From positions 133,069-197,068 of the forward strand of contig NW_027192204.1 in assembly GCF_041956535.1 (NCBI RefSeq): a stretch of DNA of 64,000 nt, written 5' to 3'. This document shows, piece after piece, positions 26,072 through 39,240 of this stretch. A program made the position numbers and the translations under genes. The notes beneath the pieces are model-generated. The model saw only the letters and a list, made by a program, of their open reading frames with translations, searched no databases and had not been told where the DNA came from. The DNA comes from Calcarisporiella thermophila CBS 279.70. Lineage: Eukaryota > Fungi > Calcarisporiellomycota. Position 1 is the stretch's first letter. Every line of letters starts with the position of its first letter.

Positions 26072-27861
26072 ATGGCCCCACATCATCGCAAGGCGATTAC
26101 TACACAAAAAAAAAGGTAACTATTGAAGAAAATTTACTTAGGATTAAGCAAGATCAACCAGAATACAAATACCCTTTATACGCTTAAGAAAAAATAAGGA
26201 ACTTGAGAACTCGAAACGGCAGAAAAACAACGAGAATACGTCCTTGGATATCTGCAAGAAGTCTAATATTGCTGATTTAAAAACCTCTCCAATCGTGAGT
26301 TCAAACCACTGCTCCAATCACGAGCAGCAATACGATGTGGATCCTCTTCAATACACCTCCACTATTCCAAAGAATCACCTTGGCATCTCAACAGAATTGA
26401 ATTCTATTGCGACAAGCACAGCCCCTTTGGCAAATAGTATGTCAAGCGAGCCTCCAAAGAAACCAAGACGTATTCGCTCACCTGGGAATTCACTTAACGA
26501 CTCAGTCAAAGGGAACGAAATCAGCGTAGAGTGTCACCGTTCATATAAAGGCATGAGTGGCAATATGGAGGAGATTGCAAGTCGAGCAAGGAAGCAGAGT
26601 AGCGGAAGAGCACGTAGAAAACCCGAACTCTACCGTACAGAGATGTGTCGATCACTTGAAGAAAATGGCTATTGTCCGTAAGTAACATCGACAGTTTTCA
26701 ATGTATATTGAATTAAGCCTCCCCATTAATCTGCTTATATCAAGATACGGGAATCGCTGTGAATATGCGCACAATAAATCCGAACTTCGACCTGTATTCA
26801 GGCACTGGAATTTTAAGACAAAATTGTGTCGTACTTTTCACGAGTATGGCCATTGTCCCTATGGGAAGCGCTGTCATTATCTGCACAACGGTGGAGAAGA
26901 TGAAATCCCAGAAAATGTCGTCATAGAATCACCACCTCCTCACCGGTTCAACGAAGTTGGAAATAGGCCCCACCATGAGCTAGAAACGGATAGCTCTGAC
27001 CCATTTCCTATTTCTTCAAGCTATAATCAAAGCAAAAAGCTTGAAATTTGTCAAGGCGTGTCTAATGGAGTCTCTCTCGGGAATTATGCAAAGGACTCAC
27101 TGCTTTCCACAACTTCAGTAACAAATGGGCGTAAAATATCCTCAGAGGCCATCGCTGAAGCTGAGGCAGCGTTCGATGCATTGGATCTGGGGGACGACAA
27201 AATATCTCCCACTTTGAGATTGCCGCATATATCCGAGGGACTAGTCAGCGGACATCAGCGAAGGCTAAGTGACCCAACAGTAGAAAGGACGATACGTGAA
27301 AATCACAATCGATTATCATTGCCAGTATCTGAGAATTCATTAAACTGGAATGAGCAAGAGATGCCGGTGACAGATTTTTCAACTTCAATTAGGCCATCAG
27401 AGACGTCGAGTTTGCAATTTGTACCCTCTTTTGATCAAAATGCGAGGCCATTTACTACCCAGAATTATTTTACTGAGTCGGGACGACGACAGTCCACACC
27501 AGATACTTCAAATTGTGCAACAGAGCATCTCTTCTATTCAAGCTTTCCTTTCAGTACTGGCTCCCATATAAATACAGGCAAAAGTTTCGCCTTTGGCAAG
27601 TCGATGGGATTTGCTCCTCATACTGATTTCGACGACATAACACCACCCACCCTCCCAGATACTCAGGTTCTTCCTCTTGAGCTAATAGAGGAGATCAACG
27701 CGGTTGGATCGACAACTTTTTTAGATGATGGAGCTCCTAAAGAGAATAGGCAAGCACGAGGAAGTAATGCATTGGAGGTAACTAAGCTACAAGTGCAGAA
27801 TATACAGCATGACCACGAAGAAAATAAGCAAGTCTCATCATTTCAATATTTAAATTACTAA
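26072..27861 (+). CDS. Tandem CCCH zinc-finger mRNA-decay protein (TTP/Cth family)
   Basis: YRTEMC-x8-C-x5-C-x3-H (split by an intron at ~26678-26744) and FKTKLC..CPYGKRCHYLH. The 5' start is uncertain because of the A-run at 26106-26114. Confidence 0.85.
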
Positions 27862-28243
27862 CTATCGTGAATTCGAGTGAAGGTAGATCACATTTTCCAT
27901 ATAACTATTTATTTGGTTTGATAAAATATATTTGATATATCTTTTTTTTTTTACGTATATACGGTTATTATTTGTTAACTTTATTATTTGCTTGCTTTTA
28001 TGGAATTTTTTGGAGTGTATGCGATTGTGAAGGATACTGTATAATTTCTTTTATCTCTTTGTCTATATATCGTATATTGACTTTGTAATAAGATTGAGGT
28101 CTTCTATTTTGTATGATCCGCGAAATTACAATAACTGAACTGTGAATAAACCAAGCCACATACCCCCTTGTTAAAAAATTTATAAACAAATTTTATCTCA
28201 CTTCGAGTAATCTAGTTTCTAACAAATCAAAATCAAAGAAACC

Positions 28244-28423
28244 ATGGCAATCGCACCTATTACTGGCAAACTCCGTAAGCGTCTCATTCTCGATCTTTCA
28301 ATCTCCATTGGTCTCGGCGTCGTCGCTGGCTACGGTTACTGGCACGGAATCCACATGCCCATCGTCAATAAGCGTGATGCCTTTTATGCACGTTTGCGGG
28401 CATCAAAATCTCAGGAAGAATAA
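28244..28423 (+). CDS. COX9: Cytochrome c oxidase subunit VIIa (59 aa; not in ORF track)
   Basis: My translation: MAIAPITGKLRKRLILDLSISIGLGVVAGYGYWHGIHMPIVNKRDAFYARLRASKSQEE*. Confidence 0.92.
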   Translation: MAIAPITGKLRKRLILDLSISIGLGVVAGYGYWHGIHMPIVNKRDAFYARLRASKSQEE

Positions 28424-28866
28424 AGATCTGGTGAGTCTTCAAATTTCATTTTTACTCGACATATTTGAATACTATTATTATAAAACAACTTTTATGGAGA
28501 GTTCTATTCTCTGGACTCTTGTTTTATTCTAACAAGTGTTCTTGCTTTTGCTATCATCATTTCAATTATTTATATTGAATGCTCACCCAATATTCTACCT
28601 TCAAATAGCCATCATCACCGTTTGTACTAGTCGTTTGCGAATAAAATACTGCCTTAGATTTGTCTTTAATATTTTAAATAGTTTTTTAAACTTAATTGAT
28701 GTACACTGAATCTACCATGTATTAAGCATTATCAAAGACTACAATGACATATGGTTGAAATGTTAGGTTAGATTCTAACCTAAAAATTGACGTAGTAATT
28801 CCATCCTCTCGCGTTCTAACTTCATTGCTCGAGAGATCTTCGCCCCATTATCTGCTTGACCCTACG

Positions 28867-30363
28867 ATGCGTGGTTATAATAAACCGCAGCAACAGCAAA
28901 ACCATGGATACCAATTTCAGCAACGCGCTGCTCCATCCAACCAGCCTCAGCCTCAGCCTCAGCCTGCTGTTGGTGGAGGAAGTGGGCAATATAACTCAGG
29001 ACAGTATTATTATGCACAACACAATCCCGTTCATAATCAAGAGACTCATTCGGTGATATTGGTGACCGCAGGCTATGATCACACAATACGATTTTGGGAA
29101 GCACTGAGTGGAATATGCTCGCGGACAATTCAGCATCCTGATTCGGTAGGCGATGTTTGAAAAAATAACTTCTATGGGTATAGAGCGAATAATTGGATAT
29201 AATAATTAGCAAGTGAATAAACTCGCTATTTCGCCAGATAGAAGATACCTTGCTGCTGCGGGTAAGCACTTCTTTATATTTGTTAATTCCTTTATATTTA
29301 TACAATAATCATCTTAACAGGAAATCCTCATGTGCGACTCTACGATATTAATAGCAATAACCCGAACCCTGTAGGCATATGCATTTTATATAAAGGATGT
29401 GTAGTCACGGCATACGATAAACATATAACTTTTTTTTTCTACTGAAGGTAGCATCATTTGATGGGCACACAAGTAATATTACCGCTGTTAGTTTCCATAG
29501 CGAAGGAAAGTGGATGGTGACAGGCAGCGAGGATGGCACAGTGAAAATATGGGATCTACGGTGGGTATTCTCTATTTTTTTTTCGCTTTATAATTTAATC
29601 GGTTTATTGTTTGGATCTGGCTTTAGATCTGCAACTGTACAGCGCAACTTCGACCATAAGGCCCCAGTCAATGATGTGATAATTCATCCAAATCAAGGGG
29701 AGCTTATTTCTTGCGATCAATCCGGAAGTATTCGAATATGGGATCTTGCAAAAAACTGCTGTAGTTTTGAATTGGTAAATCCTACTTTATAACAGTATTT
29801 TAGCCCGAGAACTCAAAAAGTAACTTTTGGCAAAGGTACCTGAAGATGATGTGCCCATGAGGTCCCTTACGGCTGGATCAGATGGCACTCTGCTAATTGC
29901 TGGGAATAATAAAGTATGTTTGCAGATATTATGATTATACATGAATCCTTTTGCTCAACTGCATTCTTAATTATAGGGAACAGTGTTTGTGTGGCGCATG
30001 TCAGGTGGGAAAGATGCGACACAGCTTCAGCCCATCAAATCGTTCAGCGCGCATACACGTTATTTAACAAAGTGTTTGCTTTCTCCTGATGTCAAACACT
30101 TAGCTACCTGTAGCGCAGATACCACGGTCAAGATTTGGGATGCGCGTGATAATAGTTTTGAACTAGAGCGGACTCTTATGGGTCATCAGCGATGGGTCTG
30201 GGATTGCTCGTTTTCGGCAGATTCTGCGTATCTGGTTACTGCATCGTCAGACCATACTGCTAGATTGCTCGACTTAAGTCAAGGAGAGTTAATAAGGCAA
30301 TATAATGGACACAACAAGGCGGCAGTATGTGTTGCATTGAATGACCAGTCACGATTTGAATGA
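28867..30363 (+). CDS. LST8: TOR complex subunit LST8 (WD40), multi-exon
   Basis: [35 protein letters not shown]; [24 protein letters not shown]. Confidence 0.96.
28942..28967 (+). repeat. (CAGCCT)4 coding hexamer repeat
   Basis: Encodes QPQPQPQP in the LST8 N-terminal extension. Confidence 0.8.
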
Positions 30364-30665
30364 TCACTTTGCCATCTTTCTTTTTCAACATTCCTTTCCT
30401 TTGCTTGTATTTTAATCTATAAGAAAATTATTTCGATCGCATTCAGGTTGAAAAGAACCTAGAAAACATCTATTTGATATATATGTGGCATGAAAAGTAA
30501 ATTGCTAATATTTCCTACTCTTACGTGCCATATATCATTTATGTGCACTCAAAAAACATTTCATATTTCTATCAAACATATTACCACGAATATAGAATAC
30601 ACACGATAAAGCAGTCACAAACTAAAATATCTTGGACGCTAATGTCAATACGTTTCTAATCAGAC

Positions 30666-33600
30666 ATGAATCCGCATTTTCGACAACGTGCCGATCCGAG
30701 AGAAACTGAAGATGATTTATTGCAACTTCAGAAAGAATTTCTTTCTTCCCCTAATGTTAATCCTGCTGCCACCCTTATTCGAAGTTCACAAAACCAGCGT
30801 GATGTAGTATCAATTGATTCTAGTTTGACTGGTGGTGCTGAACCGGTACGCGAGCAAACGTCAAAAAAGAAAAAATCTATATTTGCGATGCGAAGGGATA
30901 AAGCAAATGTTAGTGGATCGGAAAAGATCGTAGACATGGAAGCTGTTGGAGGCGGCGTTATTGGCCAAGTGAGGGAGCGTAAATGCAGCGATTCAAATTT
31001 TAATAGAGTGGTGCCTGCAACTGGATTCCCTGAACCCGTACATCGCAGCCAATTTCCTCGCGGTAACTCTCGCCCCTCAGAGAATACTAATTTCGATCAA
31101 GCGATTGCTGAAAATAATCGAGCAGATTCAAACCGTTCATTGTACTCCGAGATCCACGAGGAAAACATGAAACGCATTGAAGGAATGACTGTGGATGAAA
31201 TTATTGAAGCCCAGCGCGTTCTACGTGAAACTTATGGAAAGGAGATAGTAGAAGCCCTACTTCGTCGCAAACCGGTATCAGAAAGGCCTGACCCTGAAGC
31301 ACCAATTCCTAAGAAAAAAGGCGAAAAATCTGGAACTGTGCGGTTTAAAGAGGATGCAGAAATTATTGTTCTGAAAGATGTAGAAGAACAAATTCCAGAA
31401 GAGGAGCACAAAGCACAGAAAAGCGAAAGTAGAGTAGAAGACGAAGAAGCAATGGATACCCCACAAGCGTTGAAGGAAAAATATTTCAAGGACGTTCCTG
31501 AAGAACCTGAAAAGCTTGAGTGGATGGGCTACGGGCATTCGTCTACCTCTAAGAATCACTCTCAGGATATAAATGAAAGTGATACGCCAATTGTTCGCGT
31601 TCGTTTCGGGTTTCACGGTGAAGTGATCGATCCTTCCATACCTCTCCCAGTTTTTCAAGGCCTTCACCATCATGGGGAGGATCCCGATCAGCCTGGCTAT
31701 ACTCTTTCGGAGCTACTGCATTTATCTCGGAGCCAGGTACCTAGTCAACGCGTAATCCCGCTAAATATTATCACTCGCATTGTGCTGCGTGCAAAAAGAG
31801 GCGAATATTCTCCTCCAAAGCTTTCTGATGAAATCCTCTCATACTTGATTCACCTAAAGGCTCCGACACTCGTGCGAATATGTCTCGATCACCGACATGA
31901 TTCAGTTGTGGGTGCAGCAATTCAATGCATGTGGGCTTGGATGTGCGCTGGGGATGTGACCGAGGAGCTTATGGATCGCCTAGGAATGATGGAGCGTGGA
32001 TATGAAGGAGTCGCACTTGGTTCCCCCAGCGGAGTGAGATTGAAATCCCGGATGGAATATGGAATAGAGATTAATAAATCAGAAGATGGTACCGATGAGA
32101 GAGATATGGGGGCAGAGGTTGATATGACGATTGATTCTCATGCAGGGATAGCTGCGCGCGATCTCGTGGCAGGATGGTTGAAAATGAATCTTCTCCCTCG
32201 ACTCCGTTATCTTCTTGATCGATGCAAGCTTCCCGATATCTGTAATCATCAGATATTAGAGATTTTACTTCGTATAGCACGCCATTCACCCTCCAGCGCA
32301 GATATGATCGCACAAGTTCCAAAGCTGCTAGGAGCATTGCACCAACAGTTTATCGATCTTACATGGCCTGCTCTTGAAGTTTCATCGGCACCAAAGGTGA
32401 TGGCGCTCAGAGTCTTGAGAGTGGTTTGCATGGGAAACAGGGCAGCAGCTGAAAAAATAGCCGGCGTAACCTCAGATGACGATGATGGCGAACCAGAAGT
32501 CAATAATCAAGTGGACTCACTATTGAAATTTATTTTCATACCGCCCGAAGCTGTCCATAACCCATTGCTCGCATACGAGTTACAAGTAGAATCCCTTCGT
32601 TTGTTTGAAGTGCTGGCTGCCTACGGACTGAGGTGCGATCTCTTTGAACAGTGTTTCCCACAATTTTCATCATGGATACAAGAGCTGCATTCGTTGGTGA
32701 GTGAAAATCCCATTAAAAATAATGGAAACAAACAACATGAATGGAAGTGGATTCGAGTTATTACCCTGCTGCGCCTGCTTATATCTCTTACACATGTCGC
32801 ATCTGATACTACCCGCTCAACTCCTGCCCACTCCATCTGCTGGACACAGCCAACAGCATTCATATCTCTTGCGGTTGATATGTTAACTGAAAGAGACTTG
32901 ATGCAGGAAACAGATAACTTCAAAAAATATCGGGAACAATTAAGAGGCGCTTTGGTGGGCTATGTAGCTGCGTGGTGTCAGTACTTGGATCGGAATCCTC
33001 CTACTGATGCAAACATGATCAAAGGCGTGTGGACTAAACTGGATCAGTTGAGACATGCTTGTTTTGCCGAGCCTCTTGGAAAAGTATTGCAAGATTTTCG
33101 AGATGGATGGAGTAGGAGTCGTGGAGATTCAGAAATTAGCGTTCAAGTCGAGAATTTAGCTGGAGTATATCGCCCTCTAGCAGCAGCATTCTGTCAGAAC
33201 CTAGTTGCAAGCGGAGAGATTATTAATGCTTGGCTGCAACATGTTAAATTGGCATTCAACATTTCACGACTAGGAGAGAAGTCTGCGCTCAACAAGTTAA
33301 TTTCCCCCGAAACCCTTAATATAGTTCGTGTTTTACGCGAGGTTTCCGCAGAAATTATGAGATACACTAATTTCGGGTGGGCAAAATATTTTTCGCGGCA
33401 CGTGGGATTATCTTTGTGTACTTGGGTGCGGGCTATTCACCTGCTATTCTATGCTGACAAAGAAGCATGTGATAGGAGACTAACAGCTGTAAAAGAGGAG
33501 GAGGGAAAGAGCATCTTCCATGCGTACTACGGGAGCGCATTAATGGCACTGAGGGTATGTGATGATGAATGGTGGGCATCTTTTCTGCTTGTTGAAGTCG

Positions 33601-34607
33601 TGTTACATCCACCAAATCTCGATAATCTCTTGGCACAAGACTCTCAGGAGAATGCTTCTGAAGTTGTCGATGCGCTACTTCCACTCTTCAGTGAGAGATG
33701 GAGCGAATATATCACCCACTCTCGTGCGCTATGTACTCAAAACGCAAAGGGGATCAAAAGCTTAGTCACAACACTGGATCCTTCTTACTGTTGGTGGAGA
33801 GAATGGGCGCTGATCCCTGTAGATACAATTTGGAAGAAAAAATCCACTTTTCCCATTGAATCTGCTGCTCTAGCGGTTCTCAGAGTCGCGAACGAGGTGA
33901 CCGGACAATATTGGGCTTCAGGAATTGTATCGATCATGAAGTTAATCCTGCTCTCCGATACAATCATACGCAATGATTTTATTCGCACCTCGATTGCTTA
34001 TTTCCTCTCTTCCCAGCCGCCCCCTAATGCAGTGGATGGGGATTTGGAATTGTGTTTTGAGTCAACCTCGAACGGATTGCCCTTTCACCGTCTATTTTCT
34101 GATTTTGCTGCTCAATATGCTGCCATCTCATTCGGTGACACGCTTTTCGCACGCCTTCTCGTGCTCCCACTATCCATGCATTTCGCTTCTGATTATCGTC
34201 TTTGCGTGTGGGAGGAGCAATCAGATGCTCTTTCTTCGATTTCACTGAGATTGAATGATATTGTCAGGAGTGCAGACTATTTTGAGTCGGCGGAAAGGGA
34301 TGATATTGTGTTGAGGGCATATATGAAGGCTGTGGCTCGCGGTCTAATCACAAAGGCAAGAAATGAATTCCTGTACGCAGTAGCTTTACACCATTTGCGT
34401 CGATTTTGCTTCGATTTTGGGGAAAATGGGGAAGATTCGAATGCGAAGAAGTTGAGACAGGAGTTAGCGATGGGATTGGTGAATAATGCAGAGGACGAGG
34501 TACTTTTGGATTGGATTGGCACGAATAACGAGGCCAGCAGGAGTTTTGAGTTAGTTGAGAGTTTGGTTGGAGTACGTGGAATGCAACGTGTAAAAGAATT
34601 GATCTAA
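30666..34607 (+). CDS. RBA50: RNA polymerase II-associated protein RPAP1/Rba50
   Basis: GFPEP, IHEENMKRI..M...EI, RFGFHG, GLHHHGEDP..PGYTL.EL..LSRS.VPSQR and SFGD..F. Confidence 0.9.
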   Translation: MNPHFRQRADPRETEDDLLQLQKEFLSSPNVNPAATLIRSSQNQRDVVSIDSSLTGGAEPVREQTSKKKKSIFAMRRDKANVSGSEKIVDMEAVGGGVIGQVRERKCSDSNFNRVVPATGFPEPVHRSQFPRGNSRPSENTNFDQAIAENNRADSNRSLYSEIHEENMKRIEGMTVDEIIEAQRVLRETYGKEIVEALLRRKPVSERPDPEAPIPKKKGEKSGTVRFKEDAEIIVLKDVEEQIPEEEHKAQKSESRVEDEEAMDTPQALKEKYFKDVPEEPEKLEWMGYGHSSTSKNHSQDINESDTPIVRVRFGFHGEVIDPSIPLPVFQGLHHHGEDPDQPGYTLSELLHLSRSQVPSQRVIPLNIITRIVLRAKRGEYSPPKLSDEILSYLIHLKAPTLVRICLDHRHDSVVGAAIQCMWAWMCAGDVTEELMDRLGMMERGYEGVALGSPSGVRLKSRMEYGIEINKSEDGTDERDMGAEVDMTIDSHAGIAARDLVAGWLKMNLLPRLRYLLDRCKLPDICNHQILEILLRIARHSPSSADMIAQVPKLLGALHQQFIDLTWPALEVSSAPKVMALRVLRVVCMGNRAAAEKIAGVTSDDDDGEPEVNNQVDSLLKFIFIPPEAVHNPLLAYELQVESLRLFEVLAAYGLRCDLFEQCFPQFSSWIQELHSLVSENPIKNNGNKQHEWKWIRVITLLRLLISLTHVASDTTRSTPAHSICWTQPTAFISLAVDMLTERDLMQETDNFKKYREQLRGALVGYVAAWCQYLDRNPPTDANMIKGVWTKLDQLRHACFAEPLGKVLQDFRDGWSRSRGDSEISVQVENLAGVYRPLAAAFCQNLVASGEIINAWLQHVKLAFNISRLGEKSALNKLISPETLNIVRVLREVSAEIMRYTNFGWAKYFSRHVGLSLCTWVRAIHLLFYADKEACDRRLTAVKEEEGKSIFHAYYGSALMALRVCDDEWWASFLLVEVVLHPPNLDNLLAQDSQENASEVVDALLPLFSERWSEYITHSRALCTQNAKGIKSLVTTLDPSYCWWREWALIPVDTIWKKKSTFPIESAALAVLRVANEVTGQYWASGIVSIMKLILLSDTIIRNDFIRTSIAYFLSSQPPPNAVDGDLELCFESTSNGLPFHRLFSDFAAQYAAISFGDTLFARLLVLPLSMHFASDYRLCVWEEQSDALSSISLRLNDIVRSADYFESAERDDIVLRAYMKAVARGLITKARNEFLYAVALHHLRRFCFDFGENGEDSNAKKLRQELAMGLVNNAEDEVLLDWIGTNNEASRSFELVESLVGVRGMQRVKELI

Positions 34608-34979
34608 TATGGCTTTTATATGATTATTTTTTGTTTGTTTACTTCATATTAGAATTTTATTTACATGCTATTCACTATTAAATTTTATATATTTTGGCTG
34701 AATTGGGTTTATGAATTTATTTATTGTCTGCTATCACATTGAATTTTTTTTTCCTCTTGGATAATTCAAATGTTCTAGCTGGTTAAAAGTAAATGCTACG
34801 CTAAGAAATTTTGAGGTTTATCCTTAGATATGATTACTTGCGGCAAACATAAAATGTACTTTGCTCATCCTTGAGTTTGTTGGCTAGTAAATGCTTAATT
34901 TTATATTTAGTCCATTATTCCTTAAAATGGTTAAAAAATTGGATGTAAAACAAAATAAAGGATAGGACGAAAAATAGAC

Positions 34980-37518
34980 CTAATCAATTCTAGTTTTCTC
35001 TCTCTCCAACTTGGTTAAAATCTCGCCAGCCTTAGCGGTAAGAGTAGTGGAACGCACAGCAGGTGACTTGATACCTGGTGCCGCCGCAGCTGCCGCCTCC
35101 AGAAAATCTAAGGGCACAAGCTTAGGCCAATTAACGAATTGTACACCATTATCGAACATGAAGCGATAAGCTGTCACCACCACGGCAAGCCAGAAAAACG
35201 TGAAAACGGTGAAAAGGCTGAATCCAGAAGTGACACGCAGAATTGTGCCAAAAACAAGCATCAAAATTCCAAGAGCAAAAATATAAGGTACGATACGGAA
35301 TCTAAGTGCTTGCTCTCTAACAAAGGGAGAGCCAGTGTATTCCTCAGCAGTGGGAGGTACAAAATTTCCCAATGCAAGATCATATGCATCTTGTCGTGCC
35401 CCATCCAAATAATTGTTTTTGACGTAGCGCACGATTGAATTCACGAGATCCTGCAGCGCCCCAGCTTTAGTGCGATTCCCCGTGCGAGTAAAATCAGTCT
35501 TCAATGCGCCCGTACCGGAGTACGCAATGCTCACTGCATCAGCATTATCAGCCCACACGTTACGGAATAGGAAGTAAAAAGTCTCAAACGCAACAATGTC
35601 TTCATCCTGGCCAAGAACCCCAACTTCGCGAAGCTGGCGATTGAGAGCATGGCGCGCAAGCATGGATTGGACCACGTTGGTACGATCGAGGCAATCCATA
35701 CAGTTGGTGCGGCAAACAGACTGCTGAAGTCGGCGAACTTTTTCTCCAGGGGCGGTTTCATCCACATAACAATAGCTTGAAACGAAATTTTAACCAAGTT
35801 TGCAAGTAAATACAAAGCAACTGAATATATATGCATACCCTTGCTGCAACAAATCGCTTTCAATTTGGTTGATAAGCAGTTGAATACGATCCCATCGCAT
35901 CCGCTTGCACTCCTTATGGAAGTCAAAATGCAAGTAACGCACTCTCTCATCCTTAAGTCGATTGACTTGTTTCTCAAAAGCATTGGCAACGTCCATCTCG
36001 TGTCCTTTGGTGTTCACGAGGTTAATCATGATAGTTGGTCCGTACGAGTCGAGGACTTTGTCGACATGACGCTTAAATGCAGAAGGCTATTTTCAGTTAA
36101 ATATAAGTATCAAAATAAATCTTATGGCCAATAGAAAACACTATAAAACAATTCGGAGTTTACTTACTGTTTGAACTTTATCTTGAATAAGCATTTTTGG
36201 TACATATTTCATATTAACCATTTGCGCCCAAAATATAGGAATGGAGCCTCGTATCTGGACATACGACATCTTGATCTTTCCGGTGATGGTTGCTCCTCCA
36301 GCTGAAGGACCGTCAAGCAGAACTAGCTGCTCAGTTTCAACAAAGTTGGACACGTTCCCTTCAAGATCAACACCACGAGAGAAATAGCGCGTGCCGGCGC
36401 GGTAGCGGCTGCGGCGCGAAATTAAGGCAAAGATGAAACTCTTACCCTTAATCGAGGTTTGAACTGCTTCTGCAACTATAATTTATCATGAGTAACTGCA
36501 CAATACGAAGTGTATCAAAATAACTTACACCCATGCATGACTGGCAAGATAAACGCATCAAACTAAAGGTAAATAATTGTTAATATAATGAGTCAGTATT
36601 GAATAATACGGTTGGATTACATTATATTGTCCATTTTCGGTCTCTTCAATCAATTTCGTCTGCATATATCGATTCCAGAAAAATCTTTCATCTGCCTAAT
36701 AAGAACAGCAATCGCTCAGAAAAATTCCTCAGCAAGCTCCAAAGTGCTAACTTACACGTTTCCACAAAGGCAAGCCAACTTGGCTAGTCAGTTGCAACTG
36801 CCTTTGCAAAGTTTGAGTCAAGTCGTAAGTGTATGAAAAATGAAATGCGTGCCCTTGCAAATGATTTTCCAATAACTGTAGATATGCTTTCTCGTCCTCC
36901 ATCTTCAAGCGCATAAAATTCATATATCAGTCTCAAACAATCGAAATTGATAACAAGCAAAACATACTTGTGAAGTGGATAATTGCTGTTCTTTCTCAGG
37001 AGTTGTAACAGGTATAATTTTAACGGCAGTAGCGCGGTAGATATCATGCTCTCCGAGGCGTCCTACACGTTGGCGCTGTGTGATAACGACCATGCGCTCT
37101 CCTAGTATCAATATGTTTAATAATAAGCGACAAAATACAATTCCGAATTGAAAAACACACCAGATATTAGGCGAATAAACCCAAATACACCATACACTGT
37201 CAGGGCATGTTTTTTTTCAGATGGGACAAGTGCATTGCCATTCTCAAGTACTAACGGTTAATACGATTAGTCTCGGTTCAATATTCTGTATACGAGATGA
37301 TGTATTACCATCCAGTCGCACTTTCCCCGTAATTCTATCTATTACTAAGAGTTCAGGTTTGGATGATGGATCTTGGTAATAAGGTTCCAAAATGAGAGTC
37401 CCGTTGCTTATATAACTAATATGGTTATAAAAGATATTAGGAATATTACATATGATAATTTCAAGTCTAGACAATAATCTTACAGTCGCAGGGTTTCATG
37501 TAAACGTATGGGAGACAT
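34980..37518 (-). CDS. SAC1: Phosphoinositide phosphatase Sac1, multi-exon
   Basis: [15 protein letters not shown], catalytic [22 protein letters not shown], and two C-terminal TM helices. Confidence 0.95.
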
Positions 37519-37766
37519 AGTCAAAACACTCGAATACTTTGAACGTTAAAGAAAAGATACTTGGAAAAATAAAGAAAAATCCCCCACTTTCTTTCTTATT
37601 TTGCCGTTATATATTTCTTGAGAGATGGGGCAAAAAAGTTCCCCTTTAACGTACACGAGATCCCCCACCCAAGCAATGTTGGAACCCAGGTTCTAAATAA
37701 GAAATCCAAGCCACAGGACTGTTATCCTCATTTCAATGTATTCTTCTAACGTTGGAAACAACTAGA

Positions 37767-38786
37767 ATGCAAAAGCAACAGCAAAACATAAAACCTAGCT
37801 CGGGGAGCTCTCAAGTGGCAAAAACAGTGAATGTTAAATCGGGGAACAGTGTTCGAGAAGGCGATAAAAAACGCAGGACCGTCTTTAAAAATGTCTTAGA
37901 TTCTCCACTAGTCGTCACATGGTAAAATATAATCAATGATTTATATTCATTTCTCTATATTGACACATATGCCCATTATCAGGCCTAATATTGGTGTGCA
38001 GGAACAAAATGCTATACTAGATGAACTTTGCAGGTACTTCAAATTTTGGATATTTATCTATCTTTATCTTACCCATTTGTAATTCCAAGCTTGTTGATTC
38101 CAATTGGAGAATACCGCCGGGAAATGATCAAATTTCGGGACGCTAAGCGCAAGCAAATACTCGAATCAAGAAAACGCAAACGCCAAGCAGATACGAGTAT
38201 TGAAAAAATCCAGAGCAAAACTTTGGATGACACTCTTTCTGCACCTACCACCAAACCCCCCCAGCTAAACGCGTGTATCTTTGGTATCAACGCCATTACA
38301 AAAGCTCTCGAGAAACAAGTTCAAATAAATGCTATGTCCCAGGATTGTTCAGGAGAAACACGAGAACAAGACATGCCGATGGTGGAGGCGGTATTTGTTT
38401 GTCGCGCGGATGTGCAACCACAGCTTCTTCACGCTCATTTACCGATGCTTGCTTGTTTTGCATCAAATGTCTGGCTATGCTCATTGCCCCGAGGTGCAGA
38501 GAGAAGACTCGGAGATCTCCTTGGAATGAAACGGGTGGGTGCAATTGCACTTCGCAAACCCGAGAATTTGGGTTGCAGTTCGCACTTTGAGCCCCTAAGA
38601 TCTTTGCTTGCCAAGTCAATGCAACCGGTAACTGCACCAGGACCTTGGGTAGTATATGATAAAACAGGAATGGATGCCAACCAACTATTGTATCTACCGA
38701 CCAATATTAAACAGTTGAAGACGAGCACCCCGATTAAGAGGCCGAGCAATAAATCTAATAAAGCTATAGACGAAGAAGGAAAATAA
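37767..38786 (+). CDS. POP3: RNase P/MRP subunit Pop3-like (L7Ae fold), multi-exon
   Basis: VFKNVLDSP..W; GINAITKALE; VFVCRAD..L..HLPML; LPRGAE..L..LLG. Confidence 0.7.
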
Positions 38787-39240
38787 AGTTGTTTATGAGA
38801 TATAGTAGATCCTTGGTAACTTAACGCTCAAGGCATCTGTTCGTAAAAGTCCATTAGGCGGAGATAAGCTGCACAAATCCGTCAAAAGTGTGTCCCCTCA
38901 TTGTAAACCAAAGTAATTTTTCATAAATTGGGCGAATACATATAACATTGTCCTAAAATTTAATGTATTCACCTGTTAAGCGACTAGTTAAAGCGAAGTG
39001 AATTTGGAGTTGAATATCTATACGGTGAACAATACCAACTTTTCATGAATTATCGTTTTATATTTAGAATGTACATTATTATTTGGTTATCAAAACGAAA
39101 GATGAACTAGAGAAAGCATTACGGTTGATACTTGAAAAATTCGATGCAAAATTAAATATATACTTTTTATATTAATATCAACAACATTTTCAATATATCG
39201 CAGTATTCTCTAAACCACTACGACCGATTCGCACTGTATA

